Source: Tubulanus polymorphus (lineage: Eukaryota > Animalia > Nemertea). Taken from it: DNA of 64,000 bases. The translations under genes were made by a program, and so were the position numbers. The notes beneath the pieces are model-generated. The model was not told where the DNA came from. It was given only the letters and a program-made list of their open reading frames with translations, and did no database searches. Of the stretch, positions 12,270 to 25,085 are shown in pieces; position 1 is the stretch's first letter, and every line of letters begins with the position of its first letter. Location: the NCBI RefSeq assembly GCF_964204645.1, contig NC_134027.1:20980560-21044559 (forward strand), in the 5' to 3' direction.

Positions 12270-12440
12270 AATTTGTAAAATTCCCCCAAAAAAACAACAA
12301 ACTACAATTATTACCCTTGGTATAGTAAAGTTAGATGTAGCAAAGAATGGTTTAGCGATAGACATACACCTTCCTAAAACAAGCAGTACAGTTAACCAGT
12401 TTCTTGTCAGTTGCGCCAAGGATTTCAGTAACCAAGCGGT
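12270..12440 (-). pseudogene. Relic fragment (TM3-TM4) of a class A GPCR paralogous to 19159-20225
   Basis: AWLLKSLAQLTRNWLTVLLVLGRCMSIAKPFFATSNFTIPRVIIVVCCF aligns without gaps to AWLPRSTAQLTRNWITVLLVLERSFSIARPFFARTHFTIPRVRIVVCCF. No other TM segments are found nearby, and the fragment abuts the HINE. Confidence 0.85.
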
Positions 12441-13050
12441 TAAGTTGCATCGGCGGCTCATTCGCGAATCTACGACTCCCGACGGCGGCCACATTACGTC
12501 AGTTATTGAGGCAGCGTCTTGGCAAAAGGGCCTGATAGCAATGTTCATTTTGCAAGTCCCAAAAGAATATTGCTCCAGTATACTTAATTAACAATGATGA
12601 CCTCTAGAAATTGACTGAATGTTAATAAGGTAAACAGTCAACTCCCGATATGCCATCTCCCGATAAGCAGCCGCCTCCTAACGCAAAGGTCTGTTCTGAG
12701 TACGAAACGTCTGTATTTCACCATGGAACTATGTAGTCAAAATTTACCCAGATGTCATCTCCATACCGCCGAAATCCTAAATCAATGTACTGGGTGGTAC
12801 GTATATCGAGGGTTGATTGTATAACATACGTATTGGCCAATTTTGTAATTGGTGTAGCTATATGATCAGCTCTATGATTATGACAAAAACGACGATTATA
12901 CACCGACTGTAGACCTATTTGCGACCATTCAGAATAATTGGATGATAATAGAACTTCCCGCTAAATGCTTCACGCTAAAAAGTATGCCTATACATAGTCC
13001 TATATGAAGTGAAAAGTCTCTTTATTGTTTTGAAGGAGAGCCGAGCGAAA

Positions 13051-16000
13051 ATGCTGTTTCCACTAAAGATATTCTTGTTTGTGACAACAATCGGTGAGCT
13101 GTGGTTCATTTTTACCATTGTATTCATGGCTGAATCATGTACAGGCCGTAGAGTTGAGACAAAGGTCCGATGATGATTTTTTTATATATCGCTTTGGCCT
13201 CCGGACTGCTAAAACCGTGTAAGAAATCTACAATTTTTCTTCTATTGGAGAAAACATTCTTTCTACACGAAACACTACACGCCTAAATTCCTCTTGAAGA
13301 TTTTTCTGTTACTTTTTCAAATATTTTGCATGCGCTTGGCGACACTTTTACATATCAAATTATCAAATATCTTATAAAATTATCAGTGCAGATTTATCAA
13401 TCCGTTTATTTGTAGGTGCTACCGTCGGTCTGCGATGTCATCATTGTGGCTACTACACAAGACTCCCTGCGCAGTTAGCCCAACTGTGGCACCTGCAGCC
13501 AGTAACTTCGAACTGTCTGACGCCTGAAGGGTCGCGTTATATGAGGCCGTGTTATCCTGGCTGGCGTTGTGCGGTGAGTTAGCCATCTGCGGGAAATATT
13601 TCCGTTAAGCTATTAAATTATTTTCGACAAACACAGGATGTGTGATTTAATGGTTCCCTGAATGTCTATGATTTAGCGGAGGGGTCTTATGCTAATGGTT
13701 AGCAATAAGCCTTTTTAAAGTTTGCAGGCACCATGTTTTTGGATACCTGCTGGGTCCGCATTGTTGAATTTGTGTCCCTATCCTCCCGTGTTTTTTTCAT
13801 TTTGTTCATAATTTCGGATTAGATTAAGAGAAACGAAGTAAAAATATCGCTGGCGATTATATTTTTGTGATATCATTCAAAAATGTTAACTACAACACTG
13901 CGCTCTGGTGAAGTTAGTTGGGCAATTTATTCGAGCGGTTTCTTTGATTGCGCATGGTCAAAGATTTAATGTGGAATGGGTGTGCAATGGTACTTAAATC
14001 AAAACATCCGTGCCACTAATTGTCATACCACTAAATTCTCCACCACTAGTTATGTCACGAAGTTCTCCACCAGTGTTGTATCCTCTGACCCTCCTTTATT
14101 GTTGTTCTAACTAATGCTGTACCGCTGGATCTTCCCCTTTTCTCAAGCGCTAACAAGTCTTTTTTATATGATGATCACACTGTTTCTCTATTCTTCTTCC
14201 TATTGATACGCCGGTCACAATCCTCTCTTTAATCGTTATCTATAAAATACTTGAGTAAGGCCCTGGCGAGAGAACGTGTCCGTGCACAAATCCGAATGAA
14301 TAAATTGAAATACCGGATGATAATATTGAAGATAATATATTCTATTTACCTTGAACAAAGAATGATTTTCCTAATCCCTATTGTATATGAATCCCTATCG
14401 TTCCGAAGCTTCTCCTGTCCTGCTGTCGACACTCGTCTTACTAAGGTACAGATTCTCCTCTCTCTCGATAGCGGCCCCCTTTTGTAGAAAGAACCGGCAT
14501 TCTCAGAATTCCGATTCTCCCACGCAGGGTCTTCCGCTTTTTGGCAAGGAGCAGCTACCCAACTGTCATGACCGTTTTTAGTTACGGAAAATTTAGCCCT
14601 ACTGATTTGCTGATCTAAAGGTTTTTAAGAAACTGATTTGCTGATATAAACTTTTTCTTCCAACCCTCCTGTCATGACGCGTTGTGATTTACTCACTCCT
14701 TGCTAGTCGTTGTTGAGAGAGCAGCTATTGTCTGTGAATTACCAACGAGCGCATACAGACAACAAAAACTTCAGACAGCTAGTTTTAACATTTAACACAA
14801 ATTAATTTTTCTAAAAAATTAGCGATTATTAACAATTTGTTCTTAAACAACATCTAGATTACTCAAATTAAATATATTTTCAAAACTTTGTTTTCTTTTC
14901 TAATTACAGTACAAATTCATTGTTTCTTTTTTAATTATTATAATTAACTACGTTTCGGAATACATTGTGATTGATTATCAATTCTTAAATTATTTGAAAT
15001 ACTTATACTAATTATTTTATCTACAATTTAACTAATTCTATTTTAATACAGGATAAGCAAAACAACCACATCTTCCTAAACTTCCGGTTTTTCCTTTTAC
15101 GGAAAGTAGCCGAAAATATCATCAAGTATCAGCGTGATCCCTTCACGAGCCTCATTATAAATACACTCCATTGTTCCGACCCAACCAAATATGGTTCCAA
15201 CTATTTAAAAGTTTTATATAAAGATTTTCTGAATGTTTGCCAGATCTCACAGCAGAAGAACCGAGAAACAATTGTTGTTTATAGACTGATTTATGGTTTG
15301 CGTTGGTAGATGAAAGCATCAAACAAGAACTTTCGTAATTCTTACTACTAGTACGTTCTTGTCTGACGGCTTTAACGTAACCCCCACGCATACGGAAACA
15401 ACATTAAGAACATTTCTAAATACTACGAAACATTTTTTCAAATACTACGAAAATCTAGCTGTGGATCACTATTGTTACATTCTTGGCTCCCTTCTGTTCT
15501 CTCCCTGAACCAACAACCTTAAGGCTTATATTTTGTACATTTCTTACATTTCTAAACCACGACCTCATCTGCTTCTAAACCGGCGTTGTCATATCGCGGA
15601 AGCACGCAATCGCATAATTTTCCAAAAACACGGAATTTCGTCTCTTTCACTTAAAGGCACCAGATCAATCGATATACTGAGTCCCAATTATTTCCACGGC
15701 AATTTTATCTGACATTGTCTTATGATATACCGTTCACTGGCTGCCAGTTACCACTTGCAACACAGCGATCAGAATCTAACATCGATTATCGAAGTTAATC
15801 GACTTTTTGCGAACAGAATATCAGTTCGGGGATTCAGCACGGGTTGGGCCGTAGTTTCAGATGGCTGCAATCGTGAAATGTGCTACGACCATTCATGGTT
15901 CCTCAGAATTATTTTGAAAGAAACCGCCGTCTAGTACTGATACATGTAATACGTTTATTTAGCTCCAATGAATCAATGAGAATCAACTACGTACTCTTCA

Positions 16001-16399
16001 CAAATAACGTGTAAAAAGAAACCATTTAATGATATTAAGTATCATTCAACTTTAACTTGATTTTCTAGATACACCACACTCGCATAAATCACAATTTAGA
16101 TGCATGACACGTATGGAAAATCCAAAGCCAGAATATAATGTTTATTTATTTGTATTTCAAATGCGATTGTATCATTCTTTGATTTGAAGTTTTGTATTTT
16201 CCAGGAAGCTGCGACCAGTTGGCGCAATGAGAAACTGTATGAACGATGGTGCGCGCCATCTGCCGGCTGTATTGACAAAGCCCTTTTGCAGAAGCTCATT
16301 ACCAAATTCGACAGAGAATTGAAAGTAGAAAGTTATCGATGTTGCGACGAGAATGGGTGCAATAACTCACCCTCAACCGAGCTTATCAGAAATGATTAA
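13051..16399 (+). CDS. Secreted three-finger (Ly6/uPAR, quiver/sleepless-like) protein, 131 aa, no GPI signal
   Basis: Exons 13051-13093 (MLFPLKIFLFVTTIG, donor GTGAGC), 13416-13573 (ATVGLRCHHCGYY...NCLTPEGSRYMRPCYPGWRCA, donor GTGAGT) and 16205-16399 (EAATSWRNEKLYERWCAPSAGC...RCCDENGCNNSPSTELIRND*). Phases 1 and 0 match. Ten Cys with N-terminal LxCxxC and C-terminal CCxxxxCN. Confidence 0.88.
13703..13917. mobile_element. Diverged terminal fragment of the foldback family at 29668-31853
   Basis: AATAAGCCTTTTTAAAGTTTGCAGGCACC...GGGTCCGCATTGTTGAATTT...CTGGTGAAGTTA is collinear with the arm starting at 29668. Confidence 0.65.
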
Positions 16400-19158
16400 T
16401 CAAATGTTGCCACGGGAATCATCTATGTCGTCACACAGGGTTCCCCTATCTATTACTCGTTAAACGCGTTGTTCTGAGTATTCGGCAACAACAAAAAGCT
16501 GTTTACTCAAAATATAGTTAAAACTTCATGTATTAGAATGAAAATGACTCGTGAATTGTTATGTAACATACGTTCACTGAGAACCAGTTGGACAAACTCC
16601 TGGCTAACGGGATACTGCAGGCAACGCCACAGCGGCAACCGAGGGTCCAGCGATAATCCGCCAGGATCGTTTGTGGCACTGGAATACCGGGTTTCAAATT
16701 CCTACTACATTTCGATTGAATTCTAATGATATTTTTTCATATAAGTAAATCAATTTTCAGTGATTTTCAGTGATCTATGCCATAAACTGAGTGAGAAAGC
16801 ACTATCCGATACGTTTCAAACTCTATTGACAATGATTAACTGATTTTACTACGAATAACCAGGGAGGTGGGAGTTTTTCACTCCCACCTCCCTGAAATAA
16901 CCCTGTTTTGTTGCGGTATCTGGTAAGTGCCGGTATCCCATTGAATAATAAACCCCAATGCATAGTTTCAACAATTTTTGTTGTTTTTTGTAGGATACCA
17001 TACAACAGCATGATGCCATTTTGATTTACATTTCACTTTTTTCTAATGTCCTTTTTTCAACACCGTAGCCAGGATGTTCACATGATAGGCACACACTTTG
17101 CCAGAAAAGGGCAAATTCAGGGGCGGGCCTTGAAATCCTTGAATTGTCAAAAGTAAATTCAAGGCCTTGAATTCAGCACTTTGGTGTTTACAATTGATTT
17201 TAGGGCCGTGAATTTCGAAAATGTTGCAAATCTGTAGATTTATGATTTTTTTTTGTAATGATGGAAATTTTGATAACAGCGTGACGATGTCTAATGCATG
17301 GCATATAAATCGTATTGATTTCTTTTTTATCCTTGGAGACCTATGTTGTACAGTAGGTGTCTATTTGAGTCATTGGGGAAAACCCACTATTATGTATATT
17401 CATGATAGTTGTGTGTGATTACTGCATGTATAGCACTTTTCAAGGAGATGATGTCAATTGACTTGGACCATGGATCCCCTCTGAAATCCCGCCAATAATA
17501 TCTGGTTGAAAAAAGTAGTTTTTTCATCAGATTGAACCCCGTTTAAGCTGTTTTGATTGTTTTTGAATGGATTAAGCGAGATATTTTTTCATAAGGGTAA
17601 AAAGCATTGAATGTGCTTCTCAAACGGCCTTGAATGGCCTTGAATTTTGGTTGGTCTTTGGGGAACCCTAAAATTCCTGCGTGAAAAAACTAAAGCTAGA
17701 AAAACCAGATGCCTTTTCTTGCACATTTATAGAAAAAAATAGATTCAATTTTGCCTTATCTTTACAGCTTACTGTCATATTCTAATTTGAAGATCTACCT
17801 ATCTGGGCATGATGTTTGAAGTGGCCCCCAAGGCACATAGAGAATTTTACGAGTTACTCGTTCGCCCGGTGAATTGCCCGTATCAAACATGTTTGATATT
17901 TTCGCCCGATTATTTACGCCGGCGGTCGGATCACCCGCAAATTCGCTCGTCTGCCCGCACTCGGCGAATTCCGGCGAGCGATCCATTTTCATCAACCAAT
18001 AGGATGCATTGTTGATATCATGTGATTTGTTAACTCTCTCCCACTAAGTCTCAGTCGCTGACCGAATATCGGTTTGATCGCTACCGTGTCCCCGCTCGTA
18101 TCGGGTGTATCAATTCGTCGGAGAATCCGCTGGCGAATTAAATCGTCGCGATCGGGCGAAAACAATGCGCTCGTGTGCCCCTAGCTTTATAGTCTTGGTA
18201 CGGTTTGAAAGAATACACCTCACTACCGATAGGTTTTAAGCGTCCGGGTTGACTTTATGTGTATGTGTTTGTTTATTGGAACGTGTATCCATTATTTTCG
18301 ACGTAGTTCCAACGGTCGTTTCTTCATCCAATGTACACAGTATCGACCTTCTGATAAGATATTGCATTTACGCGAAAGATCGGCGAGGAGCGTGGATTTT
18401 GAAAGGCAGAATTTCTCCGCCAATATGGTACTACTTTGAAAAGCGATTATCTTTTTTTCACGGAAAATGCATAACATTTCACATGAATTTTGTTATGTTT
18501 TCGGGGACAGCAGTGACAGATCCAGAGCTATCTGTAAATAGAATATTGAACGGGAAATATGAACGCTATGGTGGTCGATTTGGACCAAGAAGTACAATAA
18601 TATGTTCCATGCACAAAATATATCGTTTCGTTATTTGTTCCTTATCGACCAATTTCCCACAACTTAAGAATTCAAACAACTTAAGAAATTGAATCTATTT
18701 CAACAAATTTCCGATGTGTAAATCTGTAAGTTTTTACCGTTTGACAGTCGTACATACCTTGCATCCGGCCTCGAAACTGGTGACATTGCGAGACCTTGCC
18801 AAAGTCCGAAGCCTTGCCAGATTCTAGCGTGTTACGCATTTTTCTGCTCCAGTGGTTCGTTGGAAGGATGTTCTATTGGCATATCGAATACATTATAAAA
18901 TCATTTCTCACTAACAAAATTCATTCATTTCAAGGTGCCTGGCTAAAAAAATCTGAAAATTGTTGCATTAATCATTATCTTCATGCTTAGAGCAAACTTC
19001 AGTATTCGAAGTGATTAGTGCTTATTCTATTGCTTCGTTGTTTTATCTGGTTTGGTGATCAAACGGCATTCACAAATTTTAAAAATTCTCGTCAAATGTA
19101 AGATGAATATGAGAGAACCCGGATGTATTAAAGATACGTATATCTGTTTGGCTTGAGT

Positions 19159-20225
19159 TTAATTTGGCCGCCTTCTGAACAGTTCTTTTGCAGTTCCTCT
19201 AAACTTGTCGTTTGCTAAGTAATAGATAAAGAAATTTACAGATGAGTTCAAGGTCGGTAAAAGATCGCCAAACAACACTTGAATTGTGTAGACGGTGTGT
19301 GAGTCTTCAATAGGTGGGATTTTGACGAAGCGACCGATAAAATTGTTGTAAGATCGGAACGATGCTGGAATTTCACAGACGATAAACAGAATAACAATAG
19401 CTATAGCTATTCTACTAGCTTTAACGTCTAGCCTTTGTTCGTCATCGTGTGTTATTTCCTTTCTCCTAGAACTTATCTTTCTCAGAGTCCATATCAGATG
19501 ACTGTTAAAGATTACAAGCAATAATGCAGGTAGGATTTCTTTATACAAAGGACTAGCAAAATGATCCATCCACAAAAATATTTCATTGAAAAAGTATTTC
19601 CGTATCGGATTGCTTGCTCGGCGGATATATTGTATAACGACCTTATTACACTCGTCATAGTACCAGTTTCCTACTGTTGTGCCGATAATTAATGGAGAAC
19701 CTACGACACCAAAAATGATATAAAAACAACAAACTACAATTCTTACCCTTGGTATTGTGAAATGAGTTCTAGCGAAGAATGGCCTTGCGATAGAAAAAGA
19801 CCTTTCTAAAACAAGTAGTACAGTTATCCAGTTTCTTGTCAGCTGCGCCGTGGATCTCGGTAACCAAGCTACGCGATATAACCATGGCCGAATACCCCAA
19901 CTCATACTCGTAGCCATCGTGAACATATGTCTTCCCTGGTCAGAGCGGAGACAACGAAACGAATAGGCTCTTGAATTATGTGAAATGTAAGATAGATTAT
20001 GTCAGACACTGCCAGACATCGAAGAAGGTAGAGCGATATGTGATTTGATGTTTGGCGACGTAAAATCACAATGCTTAAACTATTCAAAACTATTCCAACG
20101 ATACTGATAGGAAGACCTCCAGCTAGTTTTACACTGATTGACAACACGTTTTGGGATAAGTAAGGCGTGCAGGGATTTCTAGTAGTTGTGTAGAATACTG
20201 AAGTCGTCTGCAAGCTGAAATTCAT
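19159..20225 (-). pseudogene. Intronless class A GPCR (FMRFamide/sex-peptide-receptor-like) split by a 1-nt frameshift
   Basis: ORF 19902-20225 gives TM1-2 (GIVLNSLSIVIL, LAVSDIIYL). ORF 19159-19926 gives TM3-7 (VLERSFSIARPF, FIVCEIP, LNSSVNFFIY...KFR). The span is 1067 nt, one base short of 356 codons, with the shift near 19925-19940. May be an assembly error. Confidence 0.85.
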
Positions 20226-20339
20226 CGTGAGAGAAACCTGTAATTTGTTCCAGCACCTACTAAGGTAGCACGAAAATGCAGATTACGCAAATACATGTAC
20301 GTATATATTTTCACGATCTCTCTCCCTACGTATATATTT

Positions 20340-20442
20340 TCACGATCTCTCTCCCTCTCGCCCTCTCCCCTCCGCCCCTCCCTCCCTCTCTCCCTCTTTC
20401 CCTCTTTCCCTCTCTCCCTCTCCCAGTCTCTCCATCTCTCTC
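20340..20442. repeat. CT-rich low-complexity tract upstream of the GPCR
   Basis: Near-pure C/T run on the plus strand. Confidence 0.7.
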
Positions 20443-21145
20443 ATGTGATATATGACCTAGCCTCTATATTTCAGACAACCACATAAGTTAGTCATCATAA
20501 CCCCCCCCCCCGTCTTTGGTGTGAAAATCACCAGAAAGATCAGCCGTAAAGAAGGGACGAATATTCCTTCATCGTAGACCTGGGATGATCTTTCCATAAC
20601 TTTTTTGCCTAAAGAGCGAACGAAGTTATTTGCATTTCTATTGTGTACTGGATATGGTAGTACATTGTTGTACAAACTAGTCTGATAGCCGAAAGCTACG
20701 CTATATGATATGCTAATTAGCCATGTGCTCAAACTGCAAATTCAATCAAATTTTATTCGGCAAAAACTATCAAATCCAATTCAATTTACTTTATTGAACA
20801 AGGTTAGAGCAATTTATCCAATTCAATTTTGTTTTATCGAGCAAATTTCAGAAAATTCAATTCTATTCCGCATTCAAATCAATAAGACCAAGGGAAAAGA
20901 TTTATCTGAGGTATTTGTTCCTGCCAGCTCCAGTGGCTGCCTGTGCTACTTATAAAAACACGATTGAATTGTGTTAATTATTAGCCTCGGATTGACTAGT
21001 CCGCCTATCGCTGGGAGTGTATTTGGACAAATTAACCGTCTCACAGAATCATTCGCCATTTTATGAAAAGCTGATAGGCTGGCCATAGTGCCCCTTGGGG
21101 CCCTTGTTTTACCTGAAGATGTGACGAGGGTAGATACATGTATAA

Positions 21146-22336
21146 ACAAGAAGCCTGTCGGCTGGGCTAGCTCCGCTGGGGTTTGGTTCATAGCAGTAGA
21201 AAGATTGGAAGAAAACTGTAGGACTAGCAGTGATTGAAAACAAAAATACCTATTCAGATTGGTTCAAGACAATTCATCAGAAATATCTCCACAACTTCCG
21301 AAAATAACTGGATTTTGTCTAAACAGGTAATTTATTTCAATGAATCCTAGCCTACTTGGGCTTAGCTTGGTAGCCCAAACAACTTTGCAACTCAAACCCA
21401 AAATATCTATGGTTTATCCACAATGGAGGTTAATGTATCATGTTAAAAAAGCCACGCCATACTGAAAATCGCACGGACATGACAGACCTTGGCTGCTGTG
21501 TCCTAAAATACATAATTTGCTATGAAAAGCGCCCCGGTTGCCATAGAGATAACTATATGACCTTCAAACTGAAGACCCAGTATTAGCATAATAAACTGTA
21601 TGCCTTTGCTTCACATTGTGTCCATTAATTTTGGCTAATTATGAATCCACTCACAAAAGTGTTAAAAAAGCCATTTTTCAACAGATTTCATGAGATTAGC
21701 TAAATTTGCGTAATTTATGCGTAAATCACAAACCCGTTTTTCAAGTTTTTAATCAAGCATCTGTTCCCAATGATGAAAATGCCATCTTTAATTAATTTCA
21801 TGAATGATCGTTATTCGCATAATTTACGCGTAAATCAGTATCCGTTCCTCATGTTTTGCAACATAGTGGGGTCATTACTTGTACCAAATTTCAAAATTTC
21901 TCATGCCTGTAACACTTATTCGGTTAAAGAACTCAAACTTTTAAAAATAGTCAATGTCTATAGGACGCTAGTCTTATAGAGGAGGTGATGGAGACGATGG
22001 TGCTGATGGTGATGCTGAACAAGGTGAGATGTAGGGGTGGGATGGTAATCACATCCATTCGGCCAGTCATTCAATAATCCAGACATCCAGCCGACCATTT
22101 ACCCAGTCACCCAGTCAAGCAGTCGTCCAGTCACTCGGTCATCCAGTCAACAAGTCGACTAGTCATCCAGTCACCCAGTATGTTACCTGTTTACAGTCAG
22201 TGGGTCTTCGAATCACGTCAAATGAAGAACCGAATCACTTCCAACGTATGGAATATGTCCCTACACGCTTGCATTATTAGTCTGTATTCTACACTTGGGC
22301 CGTTACCTCCATTCACTTATCGAAAATAAGCTAAAA
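21146..22336 (-). mobile_element. Second Helitron/HINE-like family copy
   Basis: Plus strand begins AACAAGAAGCCTGTCGGCTGGGCTAGCTCCG, contains a CCAGTCAT/CCAGTCAC octamer array (~22060-22180) and ends AAGCTAAAA. An internally deleted copy lies at ~48929-49590. Confidence 0.5.
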
Positions 22337-22479
22337 GTCAATGATGCCGAAAAGTTTCTATCTAGTAAGTAAAAGTTGACAATGTACAGCCAATATTAAT
22401 TCATATACGATATCGTTTATTTTGAAGGTACTCTTCACACAAATGCTGAGAAATATTTAGACAAGTATATATTCGTTGA

Positions 22480-23050
22480 TTTTAACAGCTTGGAGCCGAT
22501 CCTGGAGGAAATTTCGAATCCAGTGTAGCACCTTCCCTTGAATCGCACATCGTTTTCACTTAAACATTATACTTTATGTGGCACCGTGTCAAAAGTCTTT
22601 TTGAAGAAGATATACGGAGTCGATTTGTTTATCTTTGTCCGAAGATTCTTTCCAGTCATTCATCGTTTCCAACAGCTGCGAAACTGTGGACCCTCCTTTA
22701 ATGAATCCATGTTGTGAGGAGGATAGTGCCACCCTCCAGCAGATGTTCCATGATATGGTCCCTGATTATCGATTCCATCATCTTACAGACGCAGCTAGTA
22801 ACCCTATGGGCCTATAATTTTCGGCCATGTTCCTTTTCCCTTTTTTGAATAATGGCTTTTTAGGCACAAGTTTCCAAGCTGATGGCAATACTCTTTCTTT
22901 AAGCGATTTTCTGAAGAGGAGCGTCAAAGGTTCTACTAGTTTTGGAGCCGCCTCTTTAAAAATTCTTGGGTGTATATTATCGGGCGATTTATTTGTGCGC
23001 AAACCCAAAGGTTTTCATTTTGCCATCCCCTCAGTGATATCGATATCTGG
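22480..23050 (-). mobile_element. Degenerate non-LTR retrotransposon (CR1/L2-type) reverse transcriptase fragment
   Basis: PDNIHPRIFKEAAPKLVEPLTLLFRKSL...LPSAWK...PLFKKG...ENYRPI, then HGFIKGGSTVSQLL and FDTVPH in shifted frames. Confidence 0.9.
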
Positions 23051-23370
23051 GACCTGAGAATCAGAGGTATTTGTGATATTTTTCCGGAAATTCCGGAATT
23101 CCTTTAAACTTGGCTATATGATATGAAATTTCTGGAAATAGCCGGATATATCAGAAATGTCGGATATCACAGCGCTTTTAAACAGCTCGGCGAACTCCGA
23201 CCCACGCAGAGACAAAGAAAGACCTGCGACAACAGAGAATTCAGTATCTAAATATTCACTTTAATCATAATAATTCATGTCCGGAGATATCACCTGATTG
23301 GTGACCAATCTCTGAGTCTGTTGCCGCCAAAAATCACTATATACAGAACGACACTGTAGATGGCAGAACG

Positions 23371-23700
23371 TTACAGCAAACCTCCCGGCCACAATGATCG
23401 CTCATGAAAAACCTGTGTTTTCTTAGTTTTTTGCAAAATAGCACTAATTTTGTCCATTCTTGTTGTAAAGCGTATAATCATTGGCCGCACATTTGTGTTT
23501 CCTCTTTCGACCAGACAATGCGCTACGTCTACGACAATTTCACTGGATAGTCGACTCGCAGGTATTTTCATAGTTTCGATTAGATAATCTGAATGACTGA
23601 TGCAGGTGCCTCTCCATTCAATTCCCGCAGACCATGAATAATCATATCTTTCTGCTTTGAGCGGTACTGCAGATCCTCGACTTCAGCTTTACTTAAGTTG
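23371..23700 (-). mobile_element. LINE ORF1-like (RRM-type) relic
   Basis: VDVAHCLVERGNTNVRPMIIRFTTR resembles the IDxAHRL...RPIIVRF motif of CR1/L2-type ORF1 proteins. Confidence 0.55.
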
Positions 23701-24759
23701 TGAATTCTCAATGCGTCGGATTTAACAAAAACAGAAGGTCCGCAACCTAGTCTTGATTTAATTTCCCGGAGATGGCTTAGTTATTTTCTAACGTTAGTGT
23801 CTAGATCACTTATTTTGAGAGGACTAAGTCTTATTTGTGCGATATGCCCCCTCGGTGCTGTCATGTACTAATATCTTTAACTCTAGACATACGACACTTC
23901 GTCTGGACTTAATGCACCAAAAGACTTTTGGCGTTGCCGTTATCATGGCATATGTGTCGTTTGGTTTCATCTGAACAAGGAAAATTCATACAGGCTAGGT
24001 ATTTTCAAAATCAAAATTATGGCTGGTTTAGCAAACATGATTAGCTACCCCACATTCGGGCTTCAAATAATTGATTCGGAATTTATGTTGTTGAATGCCC
24101 TTGATCAAATTCCGGTTTCCCCATATCAATTTCATTACAGACTTTACAAAGGATTTTATGTACACCAATGTTCAAGGGTTAAGTTTTGGAAGATATAGGA
24201 TTTAGATTTTGATGAAGTTTAAGGTAAAATGATTTATCTGTTAAGGAGATGATGGGTTTCAGATATTACCAGAAAAGCGATAAAGGGTACGACAAGTAGG
24301 ATACGATAAGCAGAAATCCCTGTTCATCAAAAGATAACAAAAGGGTTTTCTGTAATCATTTTGCCCAATGCCAACGGAGTTATTGACGATTTTTCGACTT
24401 GAATCCTAGAAGGTGAAGATTCTCTAAACTAACACTGTTTAGTTGGACAAACTATAAAGCAAGTAATTTCTATTTATTGGTGGTTTCTCGGTATTATCGA
24501 AATGGAATCAGTATTAAAACTAAAATAAAAGTTCGAAAGTATATTGTAACAATACTGAGGAAATAACAAGATTTTCAACGAAGTAGCAGAAAATACCAAT
24601 AATTGAGAACAATAGTGTTTTCAGCGAAATCAGCCTCTAATTAGACTTCTTGGTCTATTGGCTTACGTGTCCCAAGTCGGCCGTCATAGATATTTCAGCG
24701 GTTTCGTACCCATAGAAGACAGTTACAAGCAGCTTATTATACGGTTGTCAGGTTTCCCA

Positions 24760-25085
24760 TCTACTCATTTCGAAACTGAACTCGAGCAAATATGCCTTGG
24801 TTTTTATGACGGTGGCGTTGACAACTGTGTCTACAAGCGTTCTAATATTAACACGTGGGTGCGCTCACAAGGGCATTCATCATTTACAGACCCTTGGACT
24901 GAGGTGTAATTACTGAAATACTGATTAATCTAATCATAAAAGGAAACACTTGATACGTAAGTGAGTTCTTTTCTTGGGTAGAATGTCATGATACTTTTCC
25001 GCGTTAGTTATTTCAGCTCTTCATTTTAGTTTAACGAAGAACATGAAGATTGGTTTGTTAATACTTTTAGCTCTTATTGCTGGTG
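24760..25085 (+). pseudogene. Truncated lectin-family paralog A: conserved upstream block plus signal-peptide exon only
   Basis: Coding 25043-25085 MKIGLLILLALIAG(G) with GTAAGT donor. The upstream ~280 bp and following intron blocks match paralogs B and C, but no lectin exon 2 is visible. Confidence 0.7.

Noticed and set aside
19915-19945. Programmed -1 frameshift in the GPCR
   Set aside because: No X XXY YYZ slippery heptamer at the overlap; a deletion or consensus error is simpler.
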